A stretch of 64,000 nucleotides of DNA from Marsupella aquatica (Eukaryota > Plantae > Marchantiophyta): assembly GCA_973895155.1 (NCBI GenBank), contig OZ316898.1, positions 21,354,122-21,418,121 on the forward strand, given 5' to 3'. The notes beneath the pieces are model-generated. The model saw only the letters and a program-made list of their open reading frames with translations, was not told the DNA's origin and did not search any database. The translations under genes and the position numbers were made by a program. Shown in pieces: positions 63,542-64,000 of the stretch. Positions within the stretch are counted from its first letter, which is position 1. The number at the start of each line of letters is the position of its first letter.

Positions 63542-64000
63542 CACTGAAGCTCGAAAGGATTACCCAACAACGAAGCTGTCGCCCGATGAAGCCGCCTCCA
63601 GATGCCCGACCACCACACTCGGCGAGCGCCACACCACATCCCCGACGTGAAACAACGCAAACCAACGCAAAAACGCCCGACTTGGCCTCACTAACCCAAA
63701 GCACAACACGAAGCGAAGCGCAATACGCAAAACGACATGAAGAACAACACGAGGCGCACACCAGGCAACGAGCTGAGGGGGAGACTAGACACCCATTAGG
63801 AACATTCACATAACCCCACTTAGCACATACGATCAACACTAACTAAGACATGGCAAAAAGGCTTAACCAGGACATTAGATATGGGAAACCACCTATATAA
63901 GTGATGGTAGCACTCTTTCCTCGAGAAGAAAGCGGCGAGGTTTTAATGAGGCTACATCACACAGGTGGACCCCTAAACCGGATTATACCCTAGGTTCAAG

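Larger units (their letters stand above)
61431..64000 (+). mobile_element. Bianca-like Ty1/copia element, internally deleted; runs off the window end
   Basis: 5' LTR, PBS CGTTATCAGCACG at 61628-61640, then RT-RNase H after only about 150 bp. Confidence 0.85.

Overview
Repeat-saturated eukaryotic DNA with no recognisable intact host gene. Arabidopsis-type TTTAGGG seeds, GT-AG introns and plant retroelement lineages suggest a land plant, possibly a liverwort or other bryophyte (inference). Retroelements: four partial copies of one young non-chromovirus Ty3/gypsy family (family A, 859-bp LTR) with a large sense 3' accessory ORF; three more diverged homologues of that ORF (two next to candidate LTRs); a 5'-truncated L1-type LINE inside a Helitron; a LINE ORF1 relic; a chromovirus-type pol fragment; a Bianca-like Ty1/copia element. 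DNA elements and repeats: three non-autonomous Helitrons, a hAT-type MITE, a 4-bp-TSD transposon with its own 357-bp MITE, and two tandem arrays. The most unusual items are (1) a spliced, decayed beta-class DNA amino-methyltransferase-like gene (36.3-39.0 kb) whose introns and downstream flank carry nine copies of a TAGCGYCRGGCGCTA palindrome, (2) an internally deleted Zn-finger/DUF3505-like/RecQ helicase gene resembling fungal telomere-linked helicases (31.9-33.7 kb), and (3) telomere repeats at the deletion junction of a retrotransposon (7.27 kb). All family assignments come from motif recognition by eye, not database searches.
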